A stretch of 32,583 nucleotides of DNA from a virus. Its lineage: Duplodnaviria; Caudoviricetes. Positions 21,132-30,228 of the stretch are shown here, in pieces. Every line of letters begins with the position of its first letter. Position 1 is the stretch's first letter. The notes beneath the pieces were generated by a model. The model was not told the origin of the DNA, ran no database searches, and worked only from the letters and a program-made list of their open reading frames with translations. Location of the stretch: the IMG/VR virus record IMGVR_UViG_3300045789_000375, positions 1 to 32,583 of that record. One strand, written 5' to 3'. The translations under genes and the position numbers were made by a program.

Positions 21132-23833
21132 AAAGCGTTCTTTGAGAACCTAACTTCGTTACTCCAATTTATCTCTGCTGGGCTAGACACTAGTCTGGGT
21201 AGCAATGAGTGATCATGCAGTTCTGCCTTAGAGCCTTGACCAATAATCTTCATAGCCCTGTCGCTTAGCTTACGCTGGAATGCAATCTGAGTCATTGGAC
21301 GCTCTCCACGTACATCACTCCACTTCCTGTATACATTGTAGAGCTCTCCAATAGTGACAGATGCTCCTTCAGACCTCTTAGTCTCTTCTTCAAAGAAGAG
21401 TCCAATCCTGTCTTCATTCTTTCTGTACACATCTGCAGCCTCTTTAACAACAGCGCACCAACCAAGTGGGTCTTTAGCGGAAGAGTTCAAGTACTTAATT
21501 GCACCATCGACTGCCCATGAAAGAACTGCAGGTAGACCGCCTTCTGGGTCAGATAGGTACGGACGTAGGTCTTTGTCAGGATTCTCAGGGATGTTGGTTA
21601 GAGGAATCGGACGTAGACGACGCCACATAGCATCATCCGTAATAATAGGACGGTGGTTAGTTGTGACCCAAAGCTTGCCTTGAGACCTGAAAGTGAATGG
21701 ACGTTCTCCAGGAGATCTTCCCTGGAGGGTGCCAGAACCGGTCATTTTCTTGACCTGGTTCTCCTTAAGACGCTCTGACTCTGGGAGCTCATCTACCCAA
21801 ATCATACGACGACCACGTAGCTCAGCCATGTGGTATTCGTCTGTTCTGTTTGATTGACCGTCACCGGCAGCAAGTACAGATGAATCTAGAGTCCATGAAT
21901 ACTGCTGAGTGCCCATGGCGTTCACGATGGTCTCAACGAATGTTGTCTTACCAGACCCCGGAGGGCCATAAACTAGGAATAGAGCGTCTTGGCTGTTTAG
22001 CCCAGTCAGTGTGTAGCCAACTGCACGCTGCAACCACTCTTGGAATTCTTTGTCACCATTAGTTGCAAAGTCTAAGAACTGCTCAAATCTTACGTTACGT
22101 AGCCCAGGGGTATACGCAACAGGAGCTCGCCTTGTTATATACAAGTCTGGTCTACCGCTTAGAAGCTCTCCAGTCCTGAGGTCAACAACTCCGTTAGTGA
22201 CACCAAGAAGGTCCACGTCACCGTCCCATTGCTCTACAGGGACAACAACTCTTTTGTCTGAAATGGCACTCTTCATCATGTTGGAGATTCGGCTGTTTGA
22301 TTTAGCCTGCTTAGCCCAGTTGATGATGTCATTCACCTTAGGATCGTCAATGTTGTATCTGCCAACTTCAGTAGCTATTACAGGTGCAATCCTCTTAGCT
22401 AATTCTTGTAACTCTAAGTTTTCGATGTCCGGCTTCCAGTAGTTGCCATCCCAGTAGAACCAACCCAGGCCAGGTGTGTATCTAATTGCAGATCCAAATG
22501 TGTCCACTAGCCTTCTGCTATTACCGACGTCGGTAAGAGTTCTGTCGCCAGGCGTTCCGCCATCCTCAGGGTCGATGGCGTCTTGGTCATCTGGTAGCCC
22601 CATGTTACCGCCACCAATTGCTTCTGCTACAGATAAGCCGCTCTTGACCAGACCAGCTAGTCGGTCACCGATAAGCTGCCTGCCCATAGATTGAGCAACA
22701 TGGTCTGCATCAGAGTTAGTCATAGCTGGGTATGAGCTGGAAACCACATCATCTGAAGTTAGTTCGATGCTAGACCCAGCTACGCCAGCAGCTTGAGCCT
22801 TGTTGGCCCACTCCATTCCTTGGTTGTCTACCCAGTTGGACAGGCCCTTCCACCGTAGATTGACTTTAGGGTTCTTAGCAACAAAATCCATTGCACGGTT
22901 GACGTGCATAAGCAGTGAGTTTGAGCCCTCTAGCTCCATAGGAGGCTTTACGGCCTCGTGGTTGAATCTAATCATCATAGATTCAATAGCGTTTCTAGAG
23001 ATCGGGTCAGTGCCCATCTTGTTTGCAAGAGCACAGGCCAGCCTGTATACCTCTACAGCACGGTGGCCCTCTTCAATGCCTTCTTCCATGATCTTGTTGA
23101 TGTCAATCTTCTCGCCATCGTATTCAAGATCCTGAAACGCTTCCCAGCTACCCTCTTTGTAGTACCTAGAACCGCCAGTTACACCAACGCCTCCACTGCT
23201 TTTACTGTTGCCAGATCTTAGGACAGCAAGAAGTTCTTCTGGTGCGTCTGCTATTTCCCTCTCCCAGGGAGCATGTCCAGGCTTCCAGTCATAAGTAACA
23301 CCTGAGAAGTGCCTGGATGGGGCAATAAGTATGTACCCATTGTGCTTTACGTCTATGCCGTCAAGCCCGGCCTTCTTGAAGTTCCCAATAAACTTCTCGT
23401 TTGGGTCACACTTATAGATTAGGTGACGGCCGTGGACGCCCTTACCCTTTACGTTGTATATACCGGTTACTGCTTCGACAGTGTCGGGCAGAGCACCCTC
23501 GGCACGCTCTTCTAGCTTCAAGAAAGCTTCGTCGCCGCCGTTACGTGGGTCAATATCGATTACTAAGAATCCAGACTCTCGGCAAAAGACGCCAACATTG
23601 TAGTCAGGGTTCTCTGTCCACCAAGAATTAATTTTGTCGATGTCAGAAGTCGCCTGAGTGTGCCAAGAATTGATTGCCGGGTGCTTTCCGCGTTCCCTGC
23701 CGTCCTTGTGGACGGTGCCACAAGTACACTTACCGTTTACTACACCGTGAACAGGAAGGACCTTCCAACCCTTGTTGGCGTACCAAGCGGCACCAGTAGC
23801 TAGTCTGCCAGCTGCAGAATCTACTTCTCCCAT
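21128..23833 (-). CDS. Bifunctional DNA primase/polymerase fused to a D5/P4-type SF3 helicase
   Basis: N-terminal Prim-Pol (GWKVLPVH, CTCG, GKHP, NVGV...VIDIDPRNGG, APSRH.SG..Y.W), D5_N region (TDVGNSRRL, W.YWDG..W), Walker A GPPGSGKT, Walker B WVDE and TNHRP...AMWRRL. Confidence 0.92.
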   Translation of the reverse strand: MGEVDSAAGRLATGAAWYANKGWKVLPVHGVVNGKCTCGTVHKDGRERGKHPAINSWHTQATSDIDKINSWWTENPDYNVGVFCRESGFLVIDIDPRNGGDEAFLKLEERAEGALPDTVEAVTGIYNVKGKGVHGRHLIYKCDPNEKFIGNFKKAGLDGIDVKHNGYILIAPSRHFSGVTYDWKPGHAPWEREIADAPEELLAVLRSGNSKSSGGVGVTGGSRYYKEGSWEAFQDLEYDGEKIDINKIMEEGIEEGHRAVEVYRLACALANKMGTDPISRNAIESMMIRFNHEAVKPPMELEGSNSLLMHVNRAMDFVAKNPKVNLRWKGLSNWVDNQGMEWANKAQAAGVAGSSIELTSDDVVSSSYPAMTNSDADHVAQSMGRQLIGDRLAGLVKSGLSVAEAIGGGNMGLPDDQDAIDPEDGGTPGDRTLTDVGNSRRLVDTFGSAIRYTPGLGWFYWDGNYWKPDIENLELQELAKRIAPVIATEVGRYNIDDPKVNDIINWAKQAKSNSRISNMMKSAISDKRVVVPVEQWDGDVDLLGVTNGVVDLRTGELLSGRPDLYITRRAPVAYTPGLRNVRFEQFLDFATNGDKEFQEWLQRAVGYTLTGLNSQDALFLVYGPPGSGKTTFVETIVNAMGTQQYSWTLDSSVLAAGDGQSNRTDEYHMAELRGRRMIWVDELPESERLKENQVKKMTGSGTLQGRSPGERPFTFRSQGKLWVTTNHRPIITDDAMWRRLRPIPLTNIPENPDKDLRPYLSDPEGGLPAVLSWAVDGAIKYLNSSAKDPLGWCAVVKEAADVYRKNEDRIGLFFEEETKRSEGASVTIGELYNVYRKWSDVRGERPMTQIAFQRKLSDRAMKIIGQGSKAELHDHSLLPRLVSSPAEINWSNEVRFSKNAF

Positions 23834-24075
23834 TTATTGAACCTCTACGTCATTAAGAAAGACTAGCTGCCAGTAATGCACAGCCAGTAGGACCATCATA
23901 CACTTTAAATACACAAATGCAACTTATTGATTGAAAAACTAAAATGAGCTGCGAACCTAATGGACGTATGCACAGTTAAATGACCTATGTCAATATAAGG
24001 TAAAATATTATAAACAGAGATATAAGGTGCGAAACTAATCGTATTCCAAAATCTTCTAGAGAAACAGTATATTAG
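23834..24075. promoter_or_regulatory. AT-rich divergent promoter region
   Basis: A 242-nt gap between divergent genes. It has TATGAT on the - strand (atcata 23895-23900) and ggTAAAAT on the + strand (23999-24006). Confidence 0.5.
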
Positions 24076-24453
24076 ATGACTTCAGATCTTATTATGACCC
24101 TTGCATCCGTCATAACCGCCTTGGCCGCAATTGCCGCTTCAGCTTTCGTAATCTATAGAGTAGCTAAAAGAATAGACGCGGCTCTCGGTGTTGACGAAAA
24201 GGGCAGAACCATATCAGATCGCTTGGCCAAGGTCGAGCACCAACTTTGGGAGAACGGCGGCAGCTCACTAGCCGATCGAGTCAATAACATTGAGCACCAC
24301 GTAATTAAGGTGTCGACAGAGATTGACCTTATTAAGAACCTCACTTTGGGACTACACAAGTCCGCTGCATATAACCCACCCACTGGCTTAATAAAGGTCA
24401 CCCCAGAGCCGCTTACAAAGAAGCGCGTAACAAAAGCTAGGAAAGCTAGCTAA
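24076..24453 (+). CDS. Membrane protein with N-terminal TM helix (DUF2746-like, possibly lysis-associated)
   Basis: Hydrophobic LIMTLASVITALAAIAASAFVIY, then the ENGGSSLADRV motif recalled from actinophage membrane proteins, and a basic tail. Confidence 0.55.
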   Translation: MTSDLIMTLASVITALAAIAASAFVIYRVAKRIDAALGVDEKGRTISDRLAKVEHQLWENGGSSLADRVNNIEHHVIKVSTEIDLIKNLTLGLHKSAAYNPPTGLIKVTPEPLTKKRVTKARKAS

Positions 24454-24505
24454 AATTTAAAAAGTGTAGTAGCATGTTCTCAACTTGTACTTTTAAGGAG
24501 AGATA

Positions 24506-24784
24506 ATGTCACTAGCCGGGCGAATTGGCCAAGCTAATTCAGAGTACCACACTAAATTCATCTGCAAGCTCATGAGGGTCACATTGGACCCTAAGTTGTC
24601 TCAGGGTGACATAGATGCCCTCATTACGACAATCAATTCACCGCCATTGAGCGAAAATCATATAGCATCAAATAGATTGGCGTTAGCCTTGCGTGCAGAA
24701 GGTTATGATGTTAGTATTAGCGCAGTAGAACGTCACCGACGTGGTAGCTGCCCATGCAGCAGGATTAAGGAGGGGCAACTGTGA
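24506..24784 (+). CDS. Small hypothetical protein, possible HTH/Zn-binding
   Basis: SD aaggag. It contains ICK...LRAEGYDVS.SAVERHRRGSCPC and overlaps the metallophosphoesterase start (GTGA). Confidence 0.55.
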   Translation: MSLAGRIGQANSEYHTKFICKLMRVTLDPKLSQGDIDALITTINSPPLSENHIASNRLALALRAEGYDVSISAVERHRRGSCPCSRIKEGQL

Positions 24785-25980
24785 GTTTGTCCGAGAAGCT
24801 AGAGAAATTAAGAATGCCTGGTCAGAGTGGGTCAGATGTTCGAGCCACTAAGACCCCCGAGGACTGGCGTCCAAGGATGGACCTAGATACTGCCAAGGGC
24901 GGTTTCGTAGTAGGCATGCCTAGGCCAGAAGGCGAAGCAACAGACGCCACTACTATCCTAGAAGAGTTCGGCCTAAGTCCCGACGAGTGGTCTGTGACCT
25001 CAATGCGTCGAGGCAAGTGGCAGAGATACGACGGAGACTGGCTAGAGTCAGTGCGGGTTAACCTGTCACCCACTGGCCTAATCCAGGAAGACCTTTTAGA
25101 TGTTGAGGCTTTAGCAGAACAGCTACGCAAGTGGCGTCCGGCTAAGGGCACAAAGAAGTCAACTGGCGAGGGCGCGTTCCTCATTGTTGCCGCCGATCAG
25201 CAGATTGGTAAAAAGGCTAATGGTCTCGACAGTAGCAACTCGGTTGATCGAATCCTGACACTTACAGAAAAAGCAGTACATAAGCTTGAGAGCTATAAAA
25301 AAGCTGGCGTTGCTCCTGGGACTATCTGTCTTGCCCTACTGGGTGACCACGTTGAAGGTAACGTCAGTCAGGGAGGAAGACTCCAAGGACTCGCTGCGTC
25401 CGATCTCGGCCTTACAGAACAAACAAGAGTTGCCCGTAGACTCCTATTGGCGCAAATAAAAGCACTAGCTCCTCTAGTAGACCGTCTCATTGTTCCAGTA
25501 GTCAATGGCAACCACGATGAAGTGACTCGCCAAGTAGCTGCTGACCCTGCTGATGGTTGGAACGTTGAGATTGCCTCAGCCGTACAAGACATCTGTGCAG
25601 AAAACCCAGAGCTGTCTCACGTTGAGTTTAGGTATCCAAGTTCTGGGCACCAGACCCTAACTATTGACGTAGAAGGTTCAATGCTTGGAATGTTCCACGG
25701 ACACCAGGCTAATCAAAACAACATCATGAAGTACCTTTCTCAGCAGGCTGCAGGTCAGACTGCTCTAGGCGGAGCAGATCTTTGGATCTCAGGACACTTC
25801 CACAACTTCAGGACCATGGACATCGCAGATCGCCTATGGGTCCAAGCTCCAACTACAGACCCAGGAAGCGATTGGTTCCGTGACCGCGCTGGAATGACAT
25901 CGAAGCCTGGAATGCTGACAATGATGATTGGTGGCAGTTTCGAGCCACGTGAATTTATCAGTGTGTTAGCGGTTAAGTAG
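24781..25980 (+). CDS. Calcineurin-like metallophosphoesterase
   Basis: Motifs ADQQIG, LGDHVEG, NGNHDE, FHGH and GHFH occur in canonical order. Confidence 0.85.
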   Translation: MSLSEKLEKLRMPGQSGSDVRATKTPEDWRPRMDLDTAKGGFVVGMPRPEGEATDATTILEEFGLSPDEWSVTSMRRGKWQRYDGDWLESVRVNLSPTGLIQEDLLDVEALAEQLRKWRPAKGTKKSTGEGAFLIVAADQQIGKKANGLDSSNSVDRILTLTEKAVHKLESYKKAGVAPGTICLALLGDHVEGNVSQGGRLQGLAASDLGLTEQTRVARRLLLAQIKALAPLVDRLIVPVVNGNHDEVTRQVAADPADGWNVEIASAVQDICAENPELSHVEFRYPSSGHQTLTIDVEGSMLGMFHGHQANQNNIMKYLSQQAAGQTALGGADLWISGHFHNFRTMDIADRLWVQAPTTDPGSDWFRDRAGMTSKPGMLTMMIGGSFEPREFISVLAVK

Positions 25981-26000
25981 CGTCAACTAAAGGATTAGCC

Positions 26001-27068
26001 TTGAAAATTGCAGTTTACACAATAGCCCTAAACGAAGAACAGTTTGTGGAGGCGTGGTTTGAGTCTGCTAAAGACGCGGACTACCTCCTCATAGCCGATA
26101 CCGGGTCTCAAGACGGTACTGTAGAAAAAGCTAAAGCCCTTGGAGTAAACGTAGTAGAGGTGTCAATCAAGCCGTGGAGGTTTGATATGGCTAGAAACGC
26201 CTCACTGGCAGTGCTTCCAGCTGACATTGACTATTGCATTGCCCTTGATATGGATGAAGTACTCCTACCAGGATGGCGTGAGGAGCTAGAGAAAGCTTTC
26301 TTGGAGGGCACAACTAGGCCACGTTACCAGTACACATGGAACTGGAAAGACGAAGAAAAAGGCATTCCCGGACTTCAGTATGGTGGAGATAAGATCCACT
26401 CTCGTTTTGGCTACAAGTGGAAGCACCCAGTCCATGAAGTACTTATGCCCTACGGCGAGACCAAGGAGACTCAGTCTTGGGTGGGACTAGAGATCCATCA
26501 CCATGCTGACAACTCCAAACCGAGGTCGCAATACTTGCCACTACTAGCTCAGGCTGTCCAGGAGGACCTTGAGGACGATAGAAACGCGTACTACTACGCT
26601 AGGGAGCTCTTTTTTTACGGGCTCTATAGCGAGGCTCTGGTGGAGTTTAAGAGGCACTTGGCTCTTAAGAGGGCTGTCTGGCCACCGGAACGTGCTGCCT
26701 CGTTGAGGTACATAGCCAAGATGGATACAAGCAACGCTATAGACTGGCTAAAGAAGTCAGTAAATGAGTCCCCCGGAAGACGAGAGTCTTTGGTTGACTT
26801 GGCGCAGGCCTACTACGCCGAGAACAGCTGGGAACTATGCCTAGAGGCGTCAGAGAAAGCCCTGAAGATCACTGAAAAGCCGCTTGACTATCTGTGTGAG
26901 GAGTTTGCTTGGGGTGCTGCGCCGCATGATCTAGCAGCAATATCGGCATACAACCTAAAGAAGTACGAACTGGCCCTAGAGCGTGGAAAAATGGCAGTGA
27001 CGTTGTCTGACGGTGATAGCAGATTAGAAGCTAATCTTGCTTACTATCTCGCTGCTGTTGCTTCTTAG
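26001..27068 (+). CDS. GT2 glycosyltransferase with C-terminal TPR repeats
   Basis: I..NEE, DTGS.DGT, F..ARN, LDMDE (DxD) and HPVHE, then TPR-like helices (AYYYARELF, LVDLAQAYY). SD aagga with a TTG start. Confidence 0.88.
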   Translation: MKIAVYTIALNEEQFVEAWFESAKDADYLLIADTGSQDGTVEKAKALGVNVVEVSIKPWRFDMARNASLAVLPADIDYCIALDMDEVLLPGWREELEKAFLEGTTRPRYQYTWNWKDEEKGIPGLQYGGDKIHSRFGYKWKHPVHEVLMPYGETKETQSWVGLEIHHHADNSKPRSQYLPLLAQAVQEDLEDDRNAYYYARELFFYGLYSEALVEFKRHLALKRAVWPPERAASLRYIAKMDTSNAIDWLKKSVNESPGRRESLVDLAQAYYAENSWELCLEASEKALKITEKPLDYLCEEFAWGAAPHDLAAISAYNLKKYELALERGKMAVTLSDGDSRLEANLAYYLAAVAS

Positions 27069-27507
27069 CCTCTAAAGCAAAGTACGCATCAACAGCATTA
27101 GCACTTGTCCTGCTCTGCCACGTAAACTCGCAGTTGTTGCAAGTTACAATCCTCATAGTCGACCAACGACCGCCATCAGGCCTGTCTATAGTTGAGCTCT
27201 GCAAGTGCTCAGTCTTTGCCTTGCAGTATGGGCAGAGAGGAAATCTCTTGTGACGCATCTCTTGGCCCTCCCAGTTAACAGAGAGAGTTCTTCTAATTTC
27301 CTTATATCCCAGTCCACCCCAGATACCCCAGAGCTGTTTTTCATTGAGCGCCCACTGGGCACACTCTTTTCGAACGGGGCATGCGCCACATAGTTTTTTT
27401 GCCTGGTACTGCTGAGCAGGTTTATTTGCAAAAAAGTTGTCCATGAGCTCGGCATTTTTTGGCTTAGCGCATTCTGCGTCTTCGTGCCAATCTTGGGGTT
27501 CAAACAT
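27031..27507 (-). CDS. whiB: WhiB-family transcription factor with C-terminal zinc ribbon
   Basis: W...AEC...FF...AKKLCGACPVRKEC...WGIWGG gives four Cys plus the GIWGG turn. An extra CPYC...CNNC follows. Confidence 0.9.
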   Translation of the reverse strand: MFEPQDWHEDAECAKPKNAELMDNFFANKPAQQYQAKKLCGACPVRKECAQWALNEKQLWGIWGGLGYKEIRRTLSVNWEGQEMRHKRFPLCPYCKAKTEHLQSSTIDRPDGGRWSTMRIVTCNNCEFTWQSRTSANAVDAYFALEAKKQQQRDSKQD

Positions 27508-27847
27508 CGTTAGACACCTCTACAAAAGTGACGGGCAGTATGCTATCCGCTATTGAGCCGGACTCAGTCAGGCCATTTTCATCGCAGATCTCTGGGTACA
27601 TCTCACCGGGGAAAGACCCTACCCACCCTTGAGAAGTTATACCGTTGTCTATAGAGATAAACCCTTCAAATAGTGAGTAGACCAGTCCGTCTCTCTGTAT
27701 AGAAGATGCTAGGGCTTTCTTCACAACGTCATGCTCTAAGTCGACATGAGCTTCCGTGTAGTAGACAACTGACTCATTGAGTCCAGAACTATATCCTTCG
27801 CCCTCCCACATAAACCAGAGGCACTCACCAATTCTAGAATCTTTCAT
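27500..27847 (-). CDS. Hypothetical protein
   Basis: 115-aa acidic ORF overlapping the whiB start. It is preceded by TAGAAT + 6 nt + ATG. Confidence 0.6.
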   Translation of the reverse strand: MKDSRIGECLWFMWEGEGYSSGLNESVVYYTEAHVDLEHDVVKKALASSIQRDGLVYSLFEGFISIDNGITSQGWVGSFPGEMYPEICDENGLTESGSIADSILPVTFVEVSNDV

Positions 27848-27853
27848 ACATTG

Positions 27854-27859
27854 ATTCTA
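27854..27859 (-). promoter_or_regulatory. Putative -10 element (TAGAAT), leaderless transcript of 27847-whiB
   Basis: The - strand reads cTAGAATcaatgtATG, with no SD. Confidence 0.55.
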
Positions 27860-27895
27860 GATCGTAATACTGCATAACCTACCGTAGATTACAAA

Positions 27896-28147
27896 TTATA
27901 GTGGTCGGACTACGCCCTGCTTTAAGGTTCCGTACACTGTTATTTCGTATAGATCAGTCGACTCAGACCAAAGAGGCTTTTTTGTATCCTCACCTATGTC
28001 AATAGTCTTAATTCTTAGTTCTACGTCAGCCCTGTCAGGAACGTCTGAAGGTTCGCACTCAAGGAAAGAAGAGATGTGTTCGTATGCTGCCTTTTTAGCC
28101 TCTATTAGGGTAGATGCCAGTAAATTTAACTCAAAACTTGCACGCAA
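27896..28147 (-). CDS. Hypothetical protein
   Basis: 83-aa ORF with a TTG start 2 nt after the upstream stop. It fits the operon packing. Confidence 0.55.
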   Translation of the reverse strand: MRASFELNLLASTLIEAKKAAYEHISSFLECEPSDVPDRADVELRIKTIDIGEDTKKPLWSESTDLYEITVYGTLKQGVVRPL

Positions 28148-28149
28148 GG

Positions 28150-28584
28150 TTATGCCTTCCTGATTCTTTTTTCTAGTTTGTATGGCGAGTAGTGAACGCC
28201 CTTAAGTGGTGGACTCTTTTTGTCAGTATCGTTGACAATGACGTCTCCGTACCTAATACCAATAACTACACCACGCCTACCGTTGTGAATAGTGCCTAGT
28301 TTCTCAGCAAAAGCATCTAGCTTAACTTTTACTATGTCACCAACAACAATGTTTCCTGGCTTTAAATCAATCCACTGATAGTCATCTTCTGATTCTTCCT
28401 CAGATAAGGGGATACCCGATACAAGCTTCGGGAACACGTCTAAAACTTCTTTGAGGATAGCAGGGGACAGGCTAGGCAGCTCCTCCCATGCGTCAAGCAT
28501 TTTTAGGATGGCCTTACCTGATCCAACTTTGACCTTTGCGGCCTCTAGCTGCTCTTGTATCCACTCGCGGTTTAACTCTGGCAT
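28150..28584 (-). CDS. Hypothetical protein with SH3/KOW-like C-terminal barrel
   Basis: IVVGDIVKV...HNGRRGVVIGIRYGDVIV pattern. SD gagagga upstream. Confidence 0.6.
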   Translation of the reverse strand: MPELNREWIQEQLEAAKVKVGSGKAILKMLDAWEELPSLSPAILKEVLDVFPKLVSGIPLSEEESEDDYQWIDLKPGNIVVGDIVKVKLDAFAEKLGTIHNGRRGVVIGIRYGDVIVNDTDKKSPPLKGVHYSPYKLEKRIRKA

Positions 28585-29604
28585 TTAAATCCTCTCCAAA
28601 CTTCTGTCTAGTATACCTGTTTTAAAGCTGTCAATAGTGTGCTTTTTATTTTTTAATGAGCTCTGGTATGAGTCTAGCTGATCCGCTGCAACTCTTTTAC
28701 GGTCTGCTTCGCTCATGTCTTCCAGTTGATACCCGAGGTGTGCCCAGGACTCATGAAAAGTATTAGTGTCTACCCATTCTGTGACAATTGGGGTGTGCGA
28801 GTTCAGCCCTTGGATCTGTCTATATGACCACCAGCTCCCAACCCCTCTGTCTTGAGGGGCAACAATTAAACCGAGTGCAGTTCTCATAGCAGATGTTGCA
28901 TCAGAGTCGGAAAGTCGTCTAGACACCTTTAGGGGGACCACAGGGCTCCTAACAGACTTACTAAGCTTGCTGACCCATTGGCTCTTCTCGTTATCTACAG
29001 CCCAAAAATCCCCTCTAGTGTATAGAGAGTACGGCTCTGGGTTGAGCAAGATAGCGTCTAGATTCACACCCACAAAACTCTCGGAAGCGCCGAATCCCAG
29101 TGAAGACACAGCTCGTTCATGTGACGTCCAAGGCAGTGCTGGGTAGTACGTGATTGGCCAAACGTCTGCACTAAAGAGCTTTGAGGCCTTCTCTATGCCT
29201 TGCCTTTTTTTAGGGTCACTCACTAGAGAGTACTCTGCCCTCTTGGAGTAGAAGTCAGTAAATAACTTAGAGACATCCCTTTTAATGTACTCAATACTAT
29301 TCTTGTACTGCCAAATCTGCTGTCCATCCACCACAAGACGTAGCTTAGGCGAGTCAAACATTTCTCCCAAGACATGCATTGCGCCATATATCTTGTTAGC
29401 GCTTAGCGCTGTGGGAGGGATAAATCCAAAAAATACTAGATCAAAACTGTCTAGGTCTGACTTGGTCCACGAGACCTTAGGCGGAGCCCAGATAACTTCA
29501 GCGAAGCCTTCTACGGCTTTAGCAATCGTGTTAAAGAAACTGACATTGCCCTTTGATGAGCAATGCGATGAAGCCATGCCTGTAAATAAAATTTTCATTT
29601 TCAC
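28585..29604 (-). CDS. Putative GT-B-fold glycosyltransferase (possibly DNA-modifying); start may be ATG 29598
   Basis: Rossmann-like start KILFTG, D.FDLVFFG, and a C-terminal GLIVAP...GSWWSYR..QGL...TPIV segment resembling the GT-B nucleotide-sugar-binding region. It lies in the replication operon. Confidence 0.45.
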   Translation of the reverse strand: MKMKILFTGMASSHCSSKGNVSFFNTIAKAVEGFAEVIWAPPKVSWTKSDLDSFDLVFFGFIPPTALSANKIYGAMHVLGEMFDSPKLRLVVDGQQIWQYKNSIEYIKRDVSKLFTDFYSKRAEYSLVSDPKKRQGIEKASKLFSADVWPITYYPALPWTSHERAVSSLGFGASESFVGVNLDAILLNPEPYSLYTRGDFWAVDNEKSQWVSKLSKSVRSPVVPLKVSRRLSDSDATSAMRTALGLIVAPQDRGVGSWWSYRQIQGLNSHTPIVTEWVDTNTFHESWAHLGYQLEDMSEADRKRVAADQLDSYQSSLKNKKHTIDSFKTGILDRSLERI

Positions 29605-29606
29605 CT

Positions 29607-29648
29607 TAGCTAGCAGAAGCGGGGCACCATAGATGCCCCGCCTAGCTA
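29607..29648 (-). terminator. Stem-loop downstream of ssb (terminator/attenuator or mRNA stabiliser)
   Basis: gcggggca (29619-29626) pairs with tgccccgc (29634-29641), extended by tagctag / ctagcta. The U tract is weak. Confidence 0.6.
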
Positions 29649-29653
29649 TATGT

Positions 29654-30220
29654 TTAGAACGGTTGTTCTGCAGCAGTCACTGGTGAGACTGGTGCTGGGG
29701 CTGGTGCAGGTGCTGGGGCAGCTGCAACCGGTGCTGGTGCAGGTGCCGGTGCTGGTGCAGCTGCAACTGGTGGTGCGCTAGCTGCAAAAGGTGTCTCTAC
29801 AGCAGCCTGGCTTGCAAAGTAACGCTTGATTTCGTTGCTTTCCGTGCCATTGTAGGTGCGCTTTCCTAGGGTTGCACGGAAGCTACGACCATTCAGTGCT
29901 GTCTCTACCTGAGGGTTAGTAGGGTTTGCATCCCAGAATGTACGACCAAGGCCCATTGCAGCAGCCTTCATGAAGAACATGTTCATGGCCTTCGGGTTGT
30001 CAGTAGTTACTACTAGCTGGTCCCATACACGACGGTTAGCAAACGGGCCGCCCTGAACTTCGTTGGTCACCTTGAACATGATCTTGCCAGTAGATGTGGT
30101 TGTAGCTGCGGCCTGTACGACCCTTAGTTCGTAGTCACCGTCTGGCAGTGGCTCGAAGTTGGTGCTTGATGCGGTGTCTCCGGCCTGCTTGACCAGATCT
30201 GACCAATTAATTGTGCTCAT
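29654..30220 (-). CDS. Single-stranded DNA-binding protein (DUF669-like OB fold)
   Basis: FEPLPDGDY...TSTGK.M...G....R..W...Y.G...NEIK, an Ala/Pro linker and a terminal EQPF. It follows the Sak4-like gene. Confidence 0.75.
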   Translation of the reverse strand: MSTINWSDLVKQAGDTASSTNFEPLPDGDYELRVVQAAATTTSTGKIMFKVTNEVQGGPFANRRVWDQLVVTTDNPKAMNMFFMKAAAMGLGRTFWDANPTNPQVETALNGRSFRATLGKRTYNGTESNEIKRYFASQAAVETPFAASAPPVAAAPAPAPAPAPVAAAPAPAPAPAPVSPVTAAEQPF

Positions 30221-30228
30221 GTCTCTCC

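Noticed and set aside
21354-23631. Plus-strand ORFs within the primase gene, and other short ORFs nested antisense in long genes
   Set aside because: They lie fully antisense to motif-rich genes and show no recognisable domains.
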